Assembly (NCBI GenBank): GCA_965222115.1 | Contig: CBDCTJ010000007.1 | Location: forward strand, 544,001-608,000 | Length of the DNA stretch: 64,000 nucleotides | Origin: Planctomycetota bacterium | GTDB taxonomy: Bacteria; Planctomycetota; PLA2; JAEUHO01 | Direction of reading: 5' to 3' | Shown here: piece by piece, positions 1 through 10,037 of the stretch | Numbering within the stretch: position 1 is the first letter of the stretch | Layout of the letters: each line of letters begins with the position of its first letter | Made by a program: the position numbers and the translations under genes | The notes under the pieces: model-generated | What the model was told of the DNA's origin: nothing | Databases searched by the model: none | What the model saw: the letters and a program-made list of their open reading frames with translations, nothing else

Positions 1-10
1 TGCCGCATTC

Positions 11-415
11 ATGCGAAGCCCACGTTGTGAAGGTACCGATTGGTGGCTCGATCCGTCGCCACCGGGGGGTGGTCCGGAAGCATCCAAGCGACTGCGGCGC
101 GCGCGGGGGGCGGCTGCACGGCCCGGAAAACACAACGCACCACGCAAGCACCCGCCCGCCGAGGTTGTTTTTAACGCCGTACACCGCTGTCAGTCCAGGG
201 TCGCCGTCATTAAATTGCTCATCCGCACACACGACATCGATCCCGAAGTCGCCCACGCGCAACTCAAGGATGTGGAGCGCGGCGTGGCGCTTCGAGTTCC
301 ATTCGACGCGGTGGACGCGGCGGAGGCGTTTCACGCACAGGCTGTTGCGTTGGGTGTCAATGCCGACTTGACGCTCTTTGCCACGGCAAGACCGCGTTAC
401 GGGCGCCTGCCTTAA
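11..415 (+). CDS. Hypothetical protein, weak resemblance to ribosomal L7/L12 C-terminal-like fold; start uncertain
   Basis: Segment RVAVIKLL...AHAQLKDV...DAAEAFHAQAVALGVNA resembles L7/L12-CTD patterning; the N-terminal part looks non-coding. Confidence 0.3.
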   Translation: MRSPRCEGTDWWLDPSPPGGGPEASKRLRRARGAAARPGKHNAPRKHPPAEVVFNAVHRCQSRVAVIKLLIRTHDIDPEVAHAQLKDVERGVALRVPFDAVDAAEAFHAQAVALGVNADLTLFATARPRYGRLP

Positions 416-553
416 CGAACCGAGCAATCACTCGCCATGTCAATGTGAGCGCCGCGCTCATCGGCGTTTGAGATCGTCGAGCGTCGCTTATGCTACGTTG
501 CGTGAGTTCGCGCGCACGAACAACGTGCATGAAGTGCAATTCTTGGAGATGCC

Positions 554-1531
554 ATGAGCGATCAAAAGTTTTCCCTGAAGAACCAAAAGGGCGAAGTCAC
601 GGTAGACATCAATGGCGTTGCCGCCAACTTGCGCCTGGGCGGCTTTGGGGCCGAAGGTGACATTGTACTCGTATCCGAAGACGGCAAGAGCAACGTCCAC
701 ATTGATGGCGGCGATGGCAATATCACACTTGGTGGTGGTGGCGGAAATGCCGACATCGTTTTGAAGGATGATGACGGTTCCACGCGCATGCACCTAGACG
801 GCGGCAACGGCAACATCACCGCGGGCGGTAGCGGCGCGGAAGGTGACATTGAGCTGCGCGATGAGAAGGGCGGTACCACCGTCCACATAGACGGCGGTGA
901 CGCAAATCTTGAGATGGGTGACAACGGTCACAATGGCGACATTCGCCTCAAGAACGATACCGGCCAAGTCACCGTGCGCATCGATGGCGGCTCGGGCAAC
1001 TTGACCTTGGGCGGCGGCGGTAGCCAAGGCGATTTGTCGTTGGGTGGCGTCGATGGATTCCAAACCGTTCACCTCGATGGCGGCGACGGCAACATGACGC
1101 TGGGCGGTGGCGGCACGCAGGGAGACATTGCGCTGCGCGATGAAGAAGGCAAGCAAACCATTCACATCGACGGTGGCGATGGCAACATCAACTTAGGCGG
1201 CAACGGCCACGACGGCGACGCACGCCTTACCGACGCCAGTGGAAAGCTTACGATTCACCTAAACGGTCAAGATGGCTCCATTACGGCCGCCAACGTGTCG
1301 GGCGCGGACCATGTATTCGCCGACGACTACGCACTCGATTCCCTTGAACAGGTCGAAGCCCATATCCGTGCCCATAAACACCTCCCCGGTGTTGCCTCGG
1401 CCACTGACATGGCAGGTGGCGTAGATCTTGTAGCGTTCTCCATGACGTTGTTGGCCAAAGTTGAAGAGCTGACGCTTCACACTATTGCGCAGGAAAAGCG
1501 TATTCGCGCGCTTGAGTTGGTGCGCGGCTAG
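554..1531 (+). CDS. Gly-rich 31-aa tandem-repeat protein with C-terminal tail-fibre-chaperone (S74-related)-like domain
   Basis: GGAG RBS upstream; 7 full repeats like TVHIDGGDGNITLGGGGxxGDIxLxDxxG; C-terminus ADHVFADDYAL..LEQVEAHI..HKHLPGV..LLAKVEELTLH..QEKRI. Confidence 0.75.
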   Translation: MSDQKFSLKNQKGEVTVDINGVAANLRLGGFGAEGDIVLVSEDGKSNVHIDGGDGNITLGGGGGNADIVLKDDDGSTRMHLDGGNGNITAGGSGAEGDIELRDEKGGTTVHIDGGDANLEMGDNGHNGDIRLKNDTGQVTVRIDGGSGNLTLGGGGSQGDLSLGGVDGFQTVHLDGGDGNMTLGGGGTQGDIALRDEEGKQTIHIDGGDGNINLGGNGHDGDARLTDASGKLTIHLNGQDGSITAANVSGADHVFADDYALDSLEQVEAHIRAHKHLPGVASATDMAGGVDLVAFSMTLLAKVEELTLHTIAQEKRIRALELVRG

Positions 1532-1569
1532 CACGTGCTCACAACCAACGCGCAATCTAAGGTCCGCCT

Positions 1570-1788
1570 ATGAAACGTGTCATCGGCGGACTCCTCTTTG
1601 TCCACATCCTCTTGGTCATTGTGGCTATCGCCTCCATGTGCATGACCCAGCGGCACCCGCTCATCGCCGATATCCACAACAACTTAATCGATGGCTACGA
1701 AGCCATTGGCTTCGGCATGTTCGCTGTGGGCATGGGAATCGTGACCGCTGTACTCGGCGGACTTTGGTTGTGGGTGCGACGGCAGTAA
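1570..1788 (+). CDS. Small two-TM membrane protein
   Basis: Two hydrophobic segments; closely follows the upstream gene. Confidence 0.55.
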   Translation: MKRVIGGLLFVHILLVIVAIASMCMTQRHPLIADIHNNLIDGYEAIGFGMFAVGMGIVTAVLGGLWLWVRRQ

Positions 1789-1798
1789 GCGGATCAAC

Positions 1799-2164
1799 AT
1801 GAACGAAAGCGACTTCTGGTCACACCTGGAATACAGGGTCACGCGGGAGATGGCCGGTAGTGAGGAATGTCGTCGTCTCGGCCTCTGGTGTGACGGGATG
1901 TGGGGACGATGGTATTGGCCCCAGAAGAATCCGCCACGCGTCGATGCGTCCGCAGTCATCTGTAGCAGAAATGTGCAAGAGACATGGGACGCAACGTTGT
2001 TTCTGACTGCCCAGTACGAACATACAGAAGAAATTAACTGGGCAAATCAGCTACCGCTTGCAGGCGCTACCGGCTGGCTGGCGATCGATGCGGAATGCAA
2101 GCGGCTTCACATGCGACCGTCAAACGGGAAAGAGCGTGTTGATTCGTCTACCGCTCAATCTTGA
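1799..2164 (+). CDS. Hypothetical protein (Trp-rich, LWCDG motif)
   Basis: 121-aa ORF starting 10 bp after the previous stop; protein-like composition. Confidence 0.6.
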   Translation: MNESDFWSHLEYRVTREMAGSEECRRLGLWCDGMWGRWYWPQKNPPRVDASAVICSRNVQETWDATLFLTAQYEHTEEINWANQLPLAGATGWLAIDAECKRLHMRPSNGKERVDSSTAQS

Positions 2165-2951
2165 ACAACTTCTTCAGCGTCTTTTTGTTGGTGCGTGCGG
2201 TCTCGATCCACGCTTCGGCGGTGAGAATCTCTTGGCCGGTCAATCGATTGAGGGCACGGACCACGGCGGCTTCGGCCTGTTTCCAGTTGGCGGCAAACGC
2301 TATGCTGGAGGATTTGGCGCCCTTCTTTGGTGCGCCGGGCCGACGCTGCAGACGAGATATCAAGACCTCAAGCACGTGAACCCGCTTGGCAGAAAATGTG
2401 AAGTACCCCATAGCGGAGGCGGTGCGTTCCACCACCTGCGGATTGACGGAGGTCATCACCAACTGTTCGAGCTGTCGAATGGCTCCGTCCGGCGCCAATC
2501 TGCCCACGGCGTCGATGGCCGCAAGTGCAACGGGCCCGGACGTCTTGTCTTTGGGCGAAGGAAGTGAACCTTTGAGTTCGCGAAAGCCACCCTTGAGGTC
2601 ATTGAGCGCGCCGAGCGCTTCCGCGGCCCGCATGCGGACGTCCGTGCCGACCGATTCGGTCTTCAGGACTTTGCCAAGTGCACGCTGAATGGCCTTCTGG
2701 GTAACGCCCTTCTTCGTCTTGTTGTGGGCCTTTGAAATCTTGGTAATAGCGCGCCGTAACGTGGCTTTGTGGGATTCGCCCACCTTTTTGGCCTTTCGCG
2801 CAGCTTCCATGGCTTCGATGTCGCGCATGACGTCGTCGTGAATGGCAGCTTCAACCGGATTGGCGCGCGCGGTAGACGCCAGCGACACACACGCGATTGC
2901 CACAAGGCACGCGCGCACGATCGCTACGTGGTTGAGACGTCGAAGGATCAC
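2148..2951 (-). CDS. Exported HEAT-repeat protein
   Basis: Signal peptide (..ASTARA-N); HEAT-like helices VRMRAAEALGAL and VALAAIDAVGRL; likely GTG start at 2951. Confidence 0.65.
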   Translation of the reverse strand: MILRRLNHVAIVRACLVAIACVSLASTARANPVEAAIHDDVMRDIEAMEAARKAKKVGESHKATLRRAITKISKAHNKTKKGVTQKAIQRALGKVLKTESVGTDVRMRAAEALGALNDLKGGFRELKGSLPSPKDKTSGPVALAAIDAVGRLAPDGAIRQLEQLVMTSVNPQVVERTASAMGYFTFSAKRVHVLEVLISRLQRRPGAPKKGAKSSSIAFAANWKQAEAAVVRALNRLTGQEILTAEAWIETARTNKKTLKKLFKIER

Positions 2952-2955
2952 AGGA

Positions 2956-4074
2956 CTATTCGGGTTCGTCCTTTTTGGGTTCGCCCTTCTTCGGATCTTC
3001 CTTTGGTGCGTCCTTCTTGGGTTCATCCTTCTTCGTTTCGTCGCCTTTATCCTTGTCGTCTTCCTTCTTCTCGTTCACCGGCTTGTCGCCGTCGTCCTTC
3101 TTCTTGTCGGCGTCGTCGCCATTCCCCGTTTCGCCGTCTTCATCGTCCCCGTCATGATCGTCAGACGCCGCTTTGGCGGCCTCCTCGGCTTCCTTGGCCG
3201 CTTCTTCGGCCTCGGCGTCGGCTTCCAGGGCCTCTTCCAACGCGCGCTGCGATTCGCGCAACGAACGCTTAATGGTGGCCTTTACGACGCCAAGGGGCAG
3301 CAGGCACATCTGCGTACTCGTGGAGTTGCCCGCACCTTCTTGTTGCGACGCCACGCCCACAAGCGCGCCCTCGGCAGTAAAGAGTGGATCGCCGGCAAAG
3401 CCCGCTGCCGCGCCACGAAGTAACCACATGTCCCGCGGCGTCTTAACCTTGCCCACCAATCGCACGGAATCGCAATATGGCGCATAGTCAAAGCCTTCAT
3501 CCAGGCGACCCACGCCGTAAATCGTCGAACCAATCTGCGGCTTCTCCGCATCATCAAAGGACACAGGCGTGAGCGAAGTGTCTTCGGTCGACTTTAGCAA
3601 CACGAAGGCAAGCCCCAATCGACTATCTTGCGCCCCGAGAATGGCCGGATGCTCCTTGTCACTGCCCGGAAAAATCACTCGAATCTTTGAAGGCTCGCCC
3701 GTGATGCGCACGTTGGGCGCGTTTCGCACACGAATCATATGTTTGGCGCTCATGGCGTTAATGGGGACCATCACAAGCCCCTCTTCGTGAACGACAGTGC
3801 CCGTGACCGCACGGTTCAGTTCCACTTCTTGCGGGCCACGTCGACTCGTAAAGCGCGCATTCATGACGTACTTAATGGCCACAACGGAACCGGACAGTCG
3901 CTCAATGAGCTTGTCATGCGGTGTGGCCGACGTGGATTCGGGCGCACTCTTGGTTGGCGTTGTGGGCTCGTCCTTGGCCAAAAGGAGTGCCCCAGATCCA
4001 ACAAAGACCGCCAGCACCGCCAGCGGAAACGTCGCCCACAGAAAACGTTGGGCGGCTCGACCTTCAAAACTCAT
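2956..4074 (-). CDS. Exported trypsin-like fold protein lacking catalytic residues, with a long charged tail
   Basis: AGGAG RBS; N-terminal TM; GTVVHEEGLVMV, LGLAFVLL and GFAGDPLFTAEGALVGV align with HtrA-like motifs; D/E/K-rich C-terminal tail. Confidence 0.7.
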   Translation of the reverse strand: MSFEGRAAQRFLWATFPLAVLAVFVGSGALLLAKDEPTTPTKSAPESTSATPHDKLIERLSGSVVAIKYVMNARFTSRRGPQEVELNRAVTGTVVHEEGLVMVPINAMSAKHMIRVRNAPNVRITGEPSKIRVIFPGSDKEHPAILGAQDSRLGLAFVLLKSTEDTSLTPVSFDDAEKPQIGSTIYGVGRLDEGFDYAPYCDSVRLVGKVKTPRDMWLLRGAAAGFAGDPLFTAEGALVGVASQQEGAGNSTSTQMCLLPLGVVKATIKRSLRESQRALEEALEADAEAEEAAKEAEEAAKAASDDHDGDDEDGETGNGDDADKKKDDGDKPVNEKKEDDKDKGDETKKDEPKKDAPKEDPKKGEPKKDEPE

Positions 4075-4226
4075 GGCAACTCCTTCGCAGGATGACGACG
4101 ATTGGGCGTGTTCTCTACTCCCACGGGCCCACGATGCAGTGTACGAATAGCAACAGCCCGTGCGCACTTCCGAAACGTCAATCCGGCGTACGGTGCAGCA
4201 CGGGGACCAAAGAAAGCAATCGTTTC

Positions 4227-5030
4227 ATGCGCGCTTCCCGCAAAACCGCCCTCGTCGTCGCTGGCTCCGATCCCACCGGTGGTGCGGGCGCACAGGCCGA
4301 CTTGCTCACGTTTGCCGCGCATGGTATCCAGGCACGAGCCGTACTCACGGCCGCAACCGTGCAAGACGAGCATGGTGTCAAACGCGTGGGGCCCCTTCCG
4401 GGTGACCACGTAAGCGAACAACTCGCTTCGTCGCTTTCGATTGGTGCGCCCGACGTCATCAAGGTTGGCATGCTTACGCGATTGGCCACGGTCGAGTCGC
4501 TGGTCTCGGCACTGGACGACCTCCCGAATGTGCCCGTGGTGCTGGATCCCGTGCTGCACGCGACGGCGGGTGGCGAGTTGCTCGAACCCCGCGGCATTCA
4601 GTGTGTACGCGAAACGCTCATTCCGCGCGCCACGGTCACCACGCCCAATGCAACGGAACTCGCCCGCCTCTTGGGTCGCCAATCGTTGGGCGATGACGAC
4701 GTCGAACCGGCCGCACGATCGCTCGCCAAAGAGAGCGGCCGCGCCATTTTGGTGACGGGCGGTCATCACGGCGCACCCCATGAATCGACTGACGTGCTTG
4801 CTCGGCCCGATGGCAACGTGCAGTACATATCGCACCCCCGCCTGTCCACGGGTGTCATTCATGGCACGGGATGCGCACTATCTTCCTCGATCGCCGCGCG
4901 GCTTGCCCTCGGCGAGACGTTGGATGACGCAATCCGACTCGCCGCTGATCATGTGTGGCGATTGATCGAGAAAGCGCACGAACAAGAGCAGTGGATTTTG
5001 CCGCTTTTGCATCCGGCGCTAGAAGCCTAA
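4227..5030 (+). CDS. thiD: Hydroxymethylpyrimidine/phosphomethylpyrimidine kinase
   Basis: AGSDPTGGAGAQAD, IKVGML, VVLDPV, TPNATE and HGTGC motifs. Confidence 0.93.
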   Translation: MRASRKTALVVAGSDPTGGAGAQADLLTFAAHGIQARAVLTAATVQDEHGVKRVGPLPGDHVSEQLASSLSIGAPDVIKVGMLTRLATVESLVSALDDLPNVPVVLDPVLHATAGGELLEPRGIQCVRETLIPRATVTTPNATELARLLGRQSLGDDDVEPAARSLAKESGRAILVTGGHHGAPHESTDVLARPDGNVQYISHPRLSTGVIHGTGCALSSSIAARLALGETLDDAIRLAADHVWRLIEKAHEQEQWILPLLHPALEA

Positions 5031-5081
5031 GCGCCACTTTCGTATGGTGGGGACGAACGGAGTTGTGGCCGGAGGGCCGTC

Positions 5082-6005
5082 TTGAAAATCGCGATCATTG
5101 GCGCAGGCGTACTCGGTACATCCCTTGGGGTGCTACTGCGCCGGGACGGCCACACGATTTCTGCGATCTGCAGCCGCAATCGTCGCTCGGCCCAACATGC
5201 CGCCGTACAGATAGGCGATGGCGATGTTGTGGGTGATCCCGGCATGGCTGCACTGGGTGCCGACCTTGTTCTGTTGTGCGTTCCGGACCGAGTGATTGCC
5301 TCGGTCGCGATTCAAGTATCTGCGGGCGGTGCGCTCAAGCGCGATGCGGTCGTGGCACACTTGGCCGGCGGCGTAACGGCGGGCATCTTGAGCGGCGTGC
5401 AAGCGGCGGGCGGTCATCGCGGTTCGCTGCATCCGCTACAGAGCTTTGCGAATGTGGAGACCGCAGTGCGCGCACTACCGCAAACGCACTTTTTCGTGGA
5501 AGGCGATCCCGCGGCGGTCGCGCTCTTGGAGCGTGTGGGGCGTTCGATTAGCAATCGCGCCACAAGGATCAACAGCAAAGACAAAGCGCTGTATCACGCG
5601 GGTGCGGCCGTGGCCTCCAACTTCCTGGTTGCGATTGTAGACTATGCCGTTGAGCTATTTTCGTGGGCTGGCATTTCACGCGACGATGCGCTCAAGGCAC
5701 TGCTCCCGTTGATTCAAGGAACCGTTGACAATCTCAAATCGGTGGGCCTACCGGACGCGTTGACCGGGCCCATTGCGCGGGGCGACATTGGCACCGTACG
5801 GCGGCATGTCCGTGCCCTGGAAGCCTTGCCGGGCAACGCTATTCGGCTGTATCGAAATCTCGCGCGCAAGACGGTTGAGGTAGCGCTGCAAAAGGGCACG
5901 CTCCACCGCGACGAGGCACAGAAACTCCTTATCCTCTTTGACAAGCCCACCTTTCCCATGGGCGATTCCCTTACGCCCGATTCAGAACCCCCGACGTCCA
6001 CGTAG
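5082..6005 (+). CDS. Rossmann-like + DUF2520 protein (PanG-like oxidoreductase)
   Basis: IIGAGVLG, LHPLQSF, YHAGAAVASNFL and LTGPIARGD motifs. Confidence 0.88.
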   Translation: MKIAIIGAGVLGTSLGVLLRRDGHTISAICSRNRRSAQHAAVQIGDGDVVGDPGMAALGADLVLLCVPDRVIASVAIQVSAGGALKRDAVVAHLAGGVTAGILSGVQAAGGHRGSLHPLQSFANVETAVRALPQTHFFVEGDPAAVALLERVGRSISNRATRINSKDKALYHAGAAVASNFLVAIVDYAVELFSWAGISRDDALKALLPLIQGTVDNLKSVGLPDALTGPIARGDIGTVRRHVRALEALPGNAIRLYRNLARKTVEVALQKGTLHRDEAQKLLILFDKPTFPMGDSLTPDSEPPTST

Positions 6006-6023
6006 AGGCACACAGAGCCACGC

Positions 6024-6560
6024 ATGCACCGCGAACAACAACAGTTTTGGGTCGAACTTCTCAATGTGCAACGCACGTGGTCTCGTGATGCCACGTCGAT
6101 ATCGTTCATTCCGCCTGCACAGCGCGAGTTCATTTCCAAGGCCCACTGGCCCGAACCCAAGGCCCGCGCTTACCTGCTAAACAACGTCGAGTTCATTCGA
6201 GAGTGCTACGAACAGCTAGAGGCGGGCGAGCCCATCGACTTTGAAACGCTCAATTATGGTCTGGCCGAGCTGCGTTTGCGGCTGCACCCGTGGGAAGACA
6301 AGACGGCGCTGCGAAACGCCGTCAACGCCAAGGCGGCCATGGGCGGACGGCTGGAAATCCTTCGCGTAGGCACCGATCTCTCGGCCTGCAATGCAGGCAC
6401 GCGCTACATCCGCGCCACGATTCAACGCATGTTCTATTATTTTGCGCAGTACGTCGATGCGCGCTTATCCGATCCGCGCTACCCCCAGGCCTCGCCTGGC
6501 ACGTTGCGCGTGCAACCCAAGCCCGATGGCAGCGGCACGTTGGAAATCGTCACCGCATAG
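6024..6560 (+). CDS. Hypothetical protein
   Basis: 178-aa ORF with host-like codon usage, co-oriented with neighbours. Confidence 0.7.
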   Translation: MHREQQQFWVELLNVQRTWSRDATSISFIPPAQREFISKAHWPEPKARAYLLNNVEFIRECYEQLEAGEPIDFETLNYGLAELRLRLHPWEDKTALRNAVNAKAAMGGRLEILRVGTDLSACNAGTRYIRATIQRMFYYFAQYVDARLSDPRYPQASPGTLRVQPKPDGSGTLEIVTA

Positions 6561-6669
6561 CGCAGGGCGTCGCGCCACTTATGGCGCCATCAACTCTCTC
6601 AGGCGGGGTTTGCGGCGTGCAGGGGGCGAGTAGAGTTCATGATTCGCTCGTCTCGACCCAGGAGCTTTC

Positions 6670-8106
6670 ATGGCCGACCACGATGAATACCGCAGCCCCC
6701 TCGTGGGTCGCTACGCCGGACCATCCATGCGCGCGCGCTTCTCCGCACGCACGCGCATTTCCACATGGCGCGACCTATGGATTTGGCTCGCCGAAGCGGA
6801 ACAGGCGTTGGGTTTAGACATCTCCGACGCGCAAATCGCCGCCATGAAAGCGGGCCGAGACAACATCAACTTTGAAAAGGCCGCGGAATACGAGGCGCGG
6901 TTTCGTCACGATGTAATGGCGCATGTATACGCATTTGGCGACGCCGCCGAGGATGCGCGCGGCGTGATTCACTTGGGGGCCACGTCGTGTTACGTGACCG
7001 ACAACGCCGACATTGTTCTGCAACGCAGCGCCCTGCGTGAACTGCGCGCTACATTGGCTTCAGCCATTCACGCCTTGAGCGCCTTCGCAAAGAAGCACGC
7101 AAGCACGCCGTGCTTGGCCTACACCCACTTTCAACCGGCCCAACCCACGACGATGGGCAAACGGGCGTGTTTGTGGATTCAGGACTTTGTATCTGACTTG
7201 CAGGCGTTCGAGGCCCTTGACGCGCAGTTCCCCTTCCTGGGTTCGAAGGGCACCACCGGCACACAGGCATCGTTCCTCACGCTCTTTGAAGGCGATCACG
7301 ACAAGTGTTTGGCGCTCGATAAGAAGATTGCGGAACTGGCGGGCTTTGAGGCGCCCGTCGATGTGTCGGGACAGACCTATCCCCGTAAGTGGGACTTCAC
7401 ACTCGTCTCAGCACTTGCGGGCGTAGCGGTGAGCGCAGCACGCTTTTCCAACGACGTGCGGCTGCTCTCTGGACATCGGGAGCTGGCCGAACCCTTTGCC
7501 AGCGAGCAGATCGGCTCCAGCGCCATGGCCTACAAACAGAACCCCATGCGCTCGGAACGCATTGCTTCGCTCGCACGGCACGTCACGTCGCTGGCAAACG
7601 ACGCCTCGGGCACCGCCGCGGCGCAGTGGCTGGAGCGCACGCTCGACGACTCGGCCGTACGCCGCATCTTCATTCCCGAAGCGTTCTTGGGGTGCGACGC
7701 GATCTTGCGCTTGGTCATCAACATCGCCGGTGGGCTCCATGTGAACGAGGCCGTCACCGCGGCACGACTTGCGCATGAGTTGCCGTTCATGGCAACCGAG
7801 GAAGTCCTCATGCGCGCCGTCAAAGCCGGGGGCGATCGGCAGGTGCTGCACGAAGCCATTCGTAAACACAGCTTGGCGGCCAAAGAACGCGTGCTAGCAG
7901 GCGCCCGCGAAAACGACTTGGTGGCGCGCATGAAACGTGACGACGCATTCGCCAACGTGAAGGATCAACTCGATGACCTGCTCGACCCGCGGCGGCATGT
8001 GGGCCGCGCGCCGGAGCAAACCGAGACGTATCTTCGTGATGTCGTCGAACCATTGCTTACGAACTACAAAGACGTGCTTGAAACTCAGGTCACGCTCCGA
8101 GTGTGA
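6670..8106 (+). CDS. purB: Adenylosuccinate lyase
   Basis: RHDVMAH, IHLGATS, YTHFQPAQPTT and GSSAMAYKQNPMRSE motifs. Confidence 0.97.
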   Translation: MADHDEYRSPLVGRYAGPSMRARFSARTRISTWRDLWIWLAEAEQALGLDISDAQIAAMKAGRDNINFEKAAEYEARFRHDVMAHVYAFGDAAEDARGVIHLGATSCYVTDNADIVLQRSALRELRATLASAIHALSAFAKKHASTPCLAYTHFQPAQPTTMGKRACLWIQDFVSDLQAFEALDAQFPFLGSKGTTGTQASFLTLFEGDHDKCLALDKKIAELAGFEAPVDVSGQTYPRKWDFTLVSALAGVAVSAARFSNDVRLLSGHRELAEPFASEQIGSSAMAYKQNPMRSERIASLARHVTSLANDASGTAAAQWLERTLDDSAVRRIFIPEAFLGCDAILRLVINIAGGLHVNEAVTAARLAHELPFMATEEVLMRAVKAGGDRQVLHEAIRKHSLAAKERVLAGARENDLVARMKRDDAFANVKDQLDDLLDPRRHVGRAPEQTETYLRDVVEPLLTNYKDVLETQVTLRV

Positions 8107-8338
8107 TTTGTTCACCACTTGAGACACGAGTCATCGACGCGTGGCGCAAGTTGTCGGGGCCGCGCGCCCCCTGTTGAACGAAGTGAACGTCATTTTCGGG
8201 ATGACGCAACGGATGGTGGCATGAGCGCCCAAAAATAGGGCTCAGGTTGCTTGACCCGACGCCCCGATAGGTGCTGCGTGAGATCGATGGCTCAGGCATG
8301 GGCCGCATTGGATGGGTGGCCTACGTCGGCTACCACAA

Positions 8339-9958
8339 ATGAACAATCCCTGTGTTTCGCATGCGCACCCCACGCGTGCCGCGCGCGTTTTCCTTACGCT
8401 CGTACTCTCCCTAGCCCTTACGGCCTGCGGCGCAGGCGGCGGCGCCTCTGGCGACAGCGCCACATCCGGCAACGGCGTTCCTCCCGGAAACTCGCCCAAC
8501 ACGCCGTTTGCCATTGAAGGCCAGGCCATGCCCATGGGCTATGTAGGCACGCCCTACGAAGCTGCCCAGATCACAACCGTGGGCGCTGAGAACGCCGTCG
8601 ACTTCGTCATTGACGACGGCTCCCTTCCCCCGGGCTTGGAGCTTGCGCTCGACGGTCGCATCCTCGGCGCGCCTTCGGCCACCGGCATCTATTCGTTTGT
8701 TGTCGAAGCCACCGATCACGAGAACACCGATTCCGCGACGTTTACGATCAGCGTAGAGACGTTCGGCGTGGCCATCGTTGACGGCCTTCAGTTTGACGAA
8801 GCATGGAGCGGCTGTCCCATTACGGTTCACGCGTTGGGTACGCCCTCGGCGACGTTCACTGCGACCACCAATGCAAGCGGTGGACAGTTTCAGATTCAAA
8901 ACGACGGCGTTACCGCGAAATGGATCCCCGGTGACGTGTCGAGCTTTGGCGCAGAAGACGTATTGACGGTACGCAGCGCAGGCGGCGAGACCGAGCAGCT
9001 CACCCTTCATGTGATGCCCGACCCCATGACGCATCACGAGCCCGACTTTGGCAGTGCCGACGTTTGGCACGTTGACTTTGAGGGTCGCAACGGATCCCAC
9101 GCCTACGCCACCGATCTCCATGCCGCGCTCGCTTCGGTGGGCCTGCGCAACCCGAGCAGCCTTTCACGTGCGGGCACCAAGGCCGATCAGTTGGCCGCCC
9201 TGTATGTCAAGTTGCGCTTTCTTGGGCATCTGAACACCATGTACCTGCGCGAAGACAATGGCAGCGCAGGCAACGACGGCCTGCCCATTTCGTTCGTGGT
9301 CAACGGCCCGGGTGCTGGCTACTTCAAGCCCGGTCCCGGAGGGTGGCTCCCCGGCCAGAGTGATCGCTACAGCGCCATCAGCGTGATCGACATTGCCACG
9401 CACGGCACGGTGGGTGCGGCCTTGGTCGATGAAGTTGGTAACAACCTGCACATGAACAACGCGCCGGGCTCGTCCATTGGCACCCTAGGTGTCTTTATCA
9501 ACCGCATCATGCCCTACGTTCGTGGCACGTACCGTACCGAAGAACGCAGTACCGCCGACGCACCGGTTGATGCCGACGATGAATCCCGCTTGCTCGCATT
9601 GATTCACGGTGCACACCCCTCAACCCTTGGGGGTCGCGCCGAAGACATCGCCTATGTGGCCAACGCCATCGGCCGCAGCGTGGCTGCCGTTTGCGCCCAC
9701 GAAATCGGCCACAGCCTGGGACTCACACACACCGAGACCACCACACCGGGCTCCATCATGAACTACGCCGCCACGATTCACCCGGCGGCGCAATACTTCT
9801 TTCTCCCCGAAGATCTCGTCAAGCTCGAAACGAGCCTACCGGGTGTCGGTCGCGTGAGCGGCGGGTCTTCGAAGATGAGTGCACCTTTGGGGTACGCTGC
9901 GCAGACGCTACCGGGTAATGGCGTCCGTGTGTGCGGAGGACGTTGCAAGGGCCACTAG
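8339..9958 (+). CDS. Lipoprotein with putative Ig domain and metzincin (matrixin-like) peptidase domain
   Basis: Lipobox LTAC; He_PIG-like GSLPPGLEL..GRILGAP; HEIGHSLGLTH followed by SIM Met-turn. Confidence 0.82.
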   Translation: MNNPCVSHAHPTRAARVFLTLVLSLALTACGAGGGASGDSATSGNGVPPGNSPNTPFAIEGQAMPMGYVGTPYEAAQITTVGAENAVDFVIDDGSLPPGLELALDGRILGAPSATGIYSFVVEATDHENTDSATFTISVETFGVAIVDGLQFDEAWSGCPITVHALGTPSATFTATTNASGGQFQIQNDGVTAKWIPGDVSSFGAEDVLTVRSAGGETEQLTLHVMPDPMTHHEPDFGSADVWHVDFEGRNGSHAYATDLHAALASVGLRNPSSLSRAGTKADQLAALYVKLRFLGHLNTMYLREDNGSAGNDGLPISFVVNGPGAGYFKPGPGGWLPGQSDRYSAISVIDIATHGTVGAALVDEVGNNLHMNNAPGSSIGTLGVFINRIMPYVRGTYRTEERSTADAPVDADDESRLLALIHGAHPSTLGGRAEDIAYVANAIGRSVAAVCAHEIGHSLGLTHTETTTPGSIMNYAATIHPAAQYFFLPEDLVKLETSLPGVGRVSGGSSKMSAPLGYAAQTLPGNGVRVCGGRCKGH

Positions 9959-10002
9959 CCGACGTGCTCTGTGACAACCTTCGCCACCGCTAAGCGAACC
10001 CT

Positions 10003-10037
10003 GGGAGGACACCTGGTGAGGTGTCCTCTCTTTTTTT
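10003..10037 (+). terminator. Rho-independent terminator
   Basis: GGGAGGACACCT-ggtg-AGGTGTCCTCTC stem followed by a T7 run. Confidence 0.8.

Noticed and set aside
600-1280. 93-bp periodic DNA repeats as a CRISPR or non-coding repeat array
   Set aside because: They are degenerate in-frame coding repeats with no constant repeat/unique spacer structure.
405-2164. Integron cassette array (short co-oriented orphan genes, CCTTAAC at the first stop)
   Set aside because: No convincing RYYYAAC...GTTRRRY attC pairing, no repeated spacers and no integrase visible.
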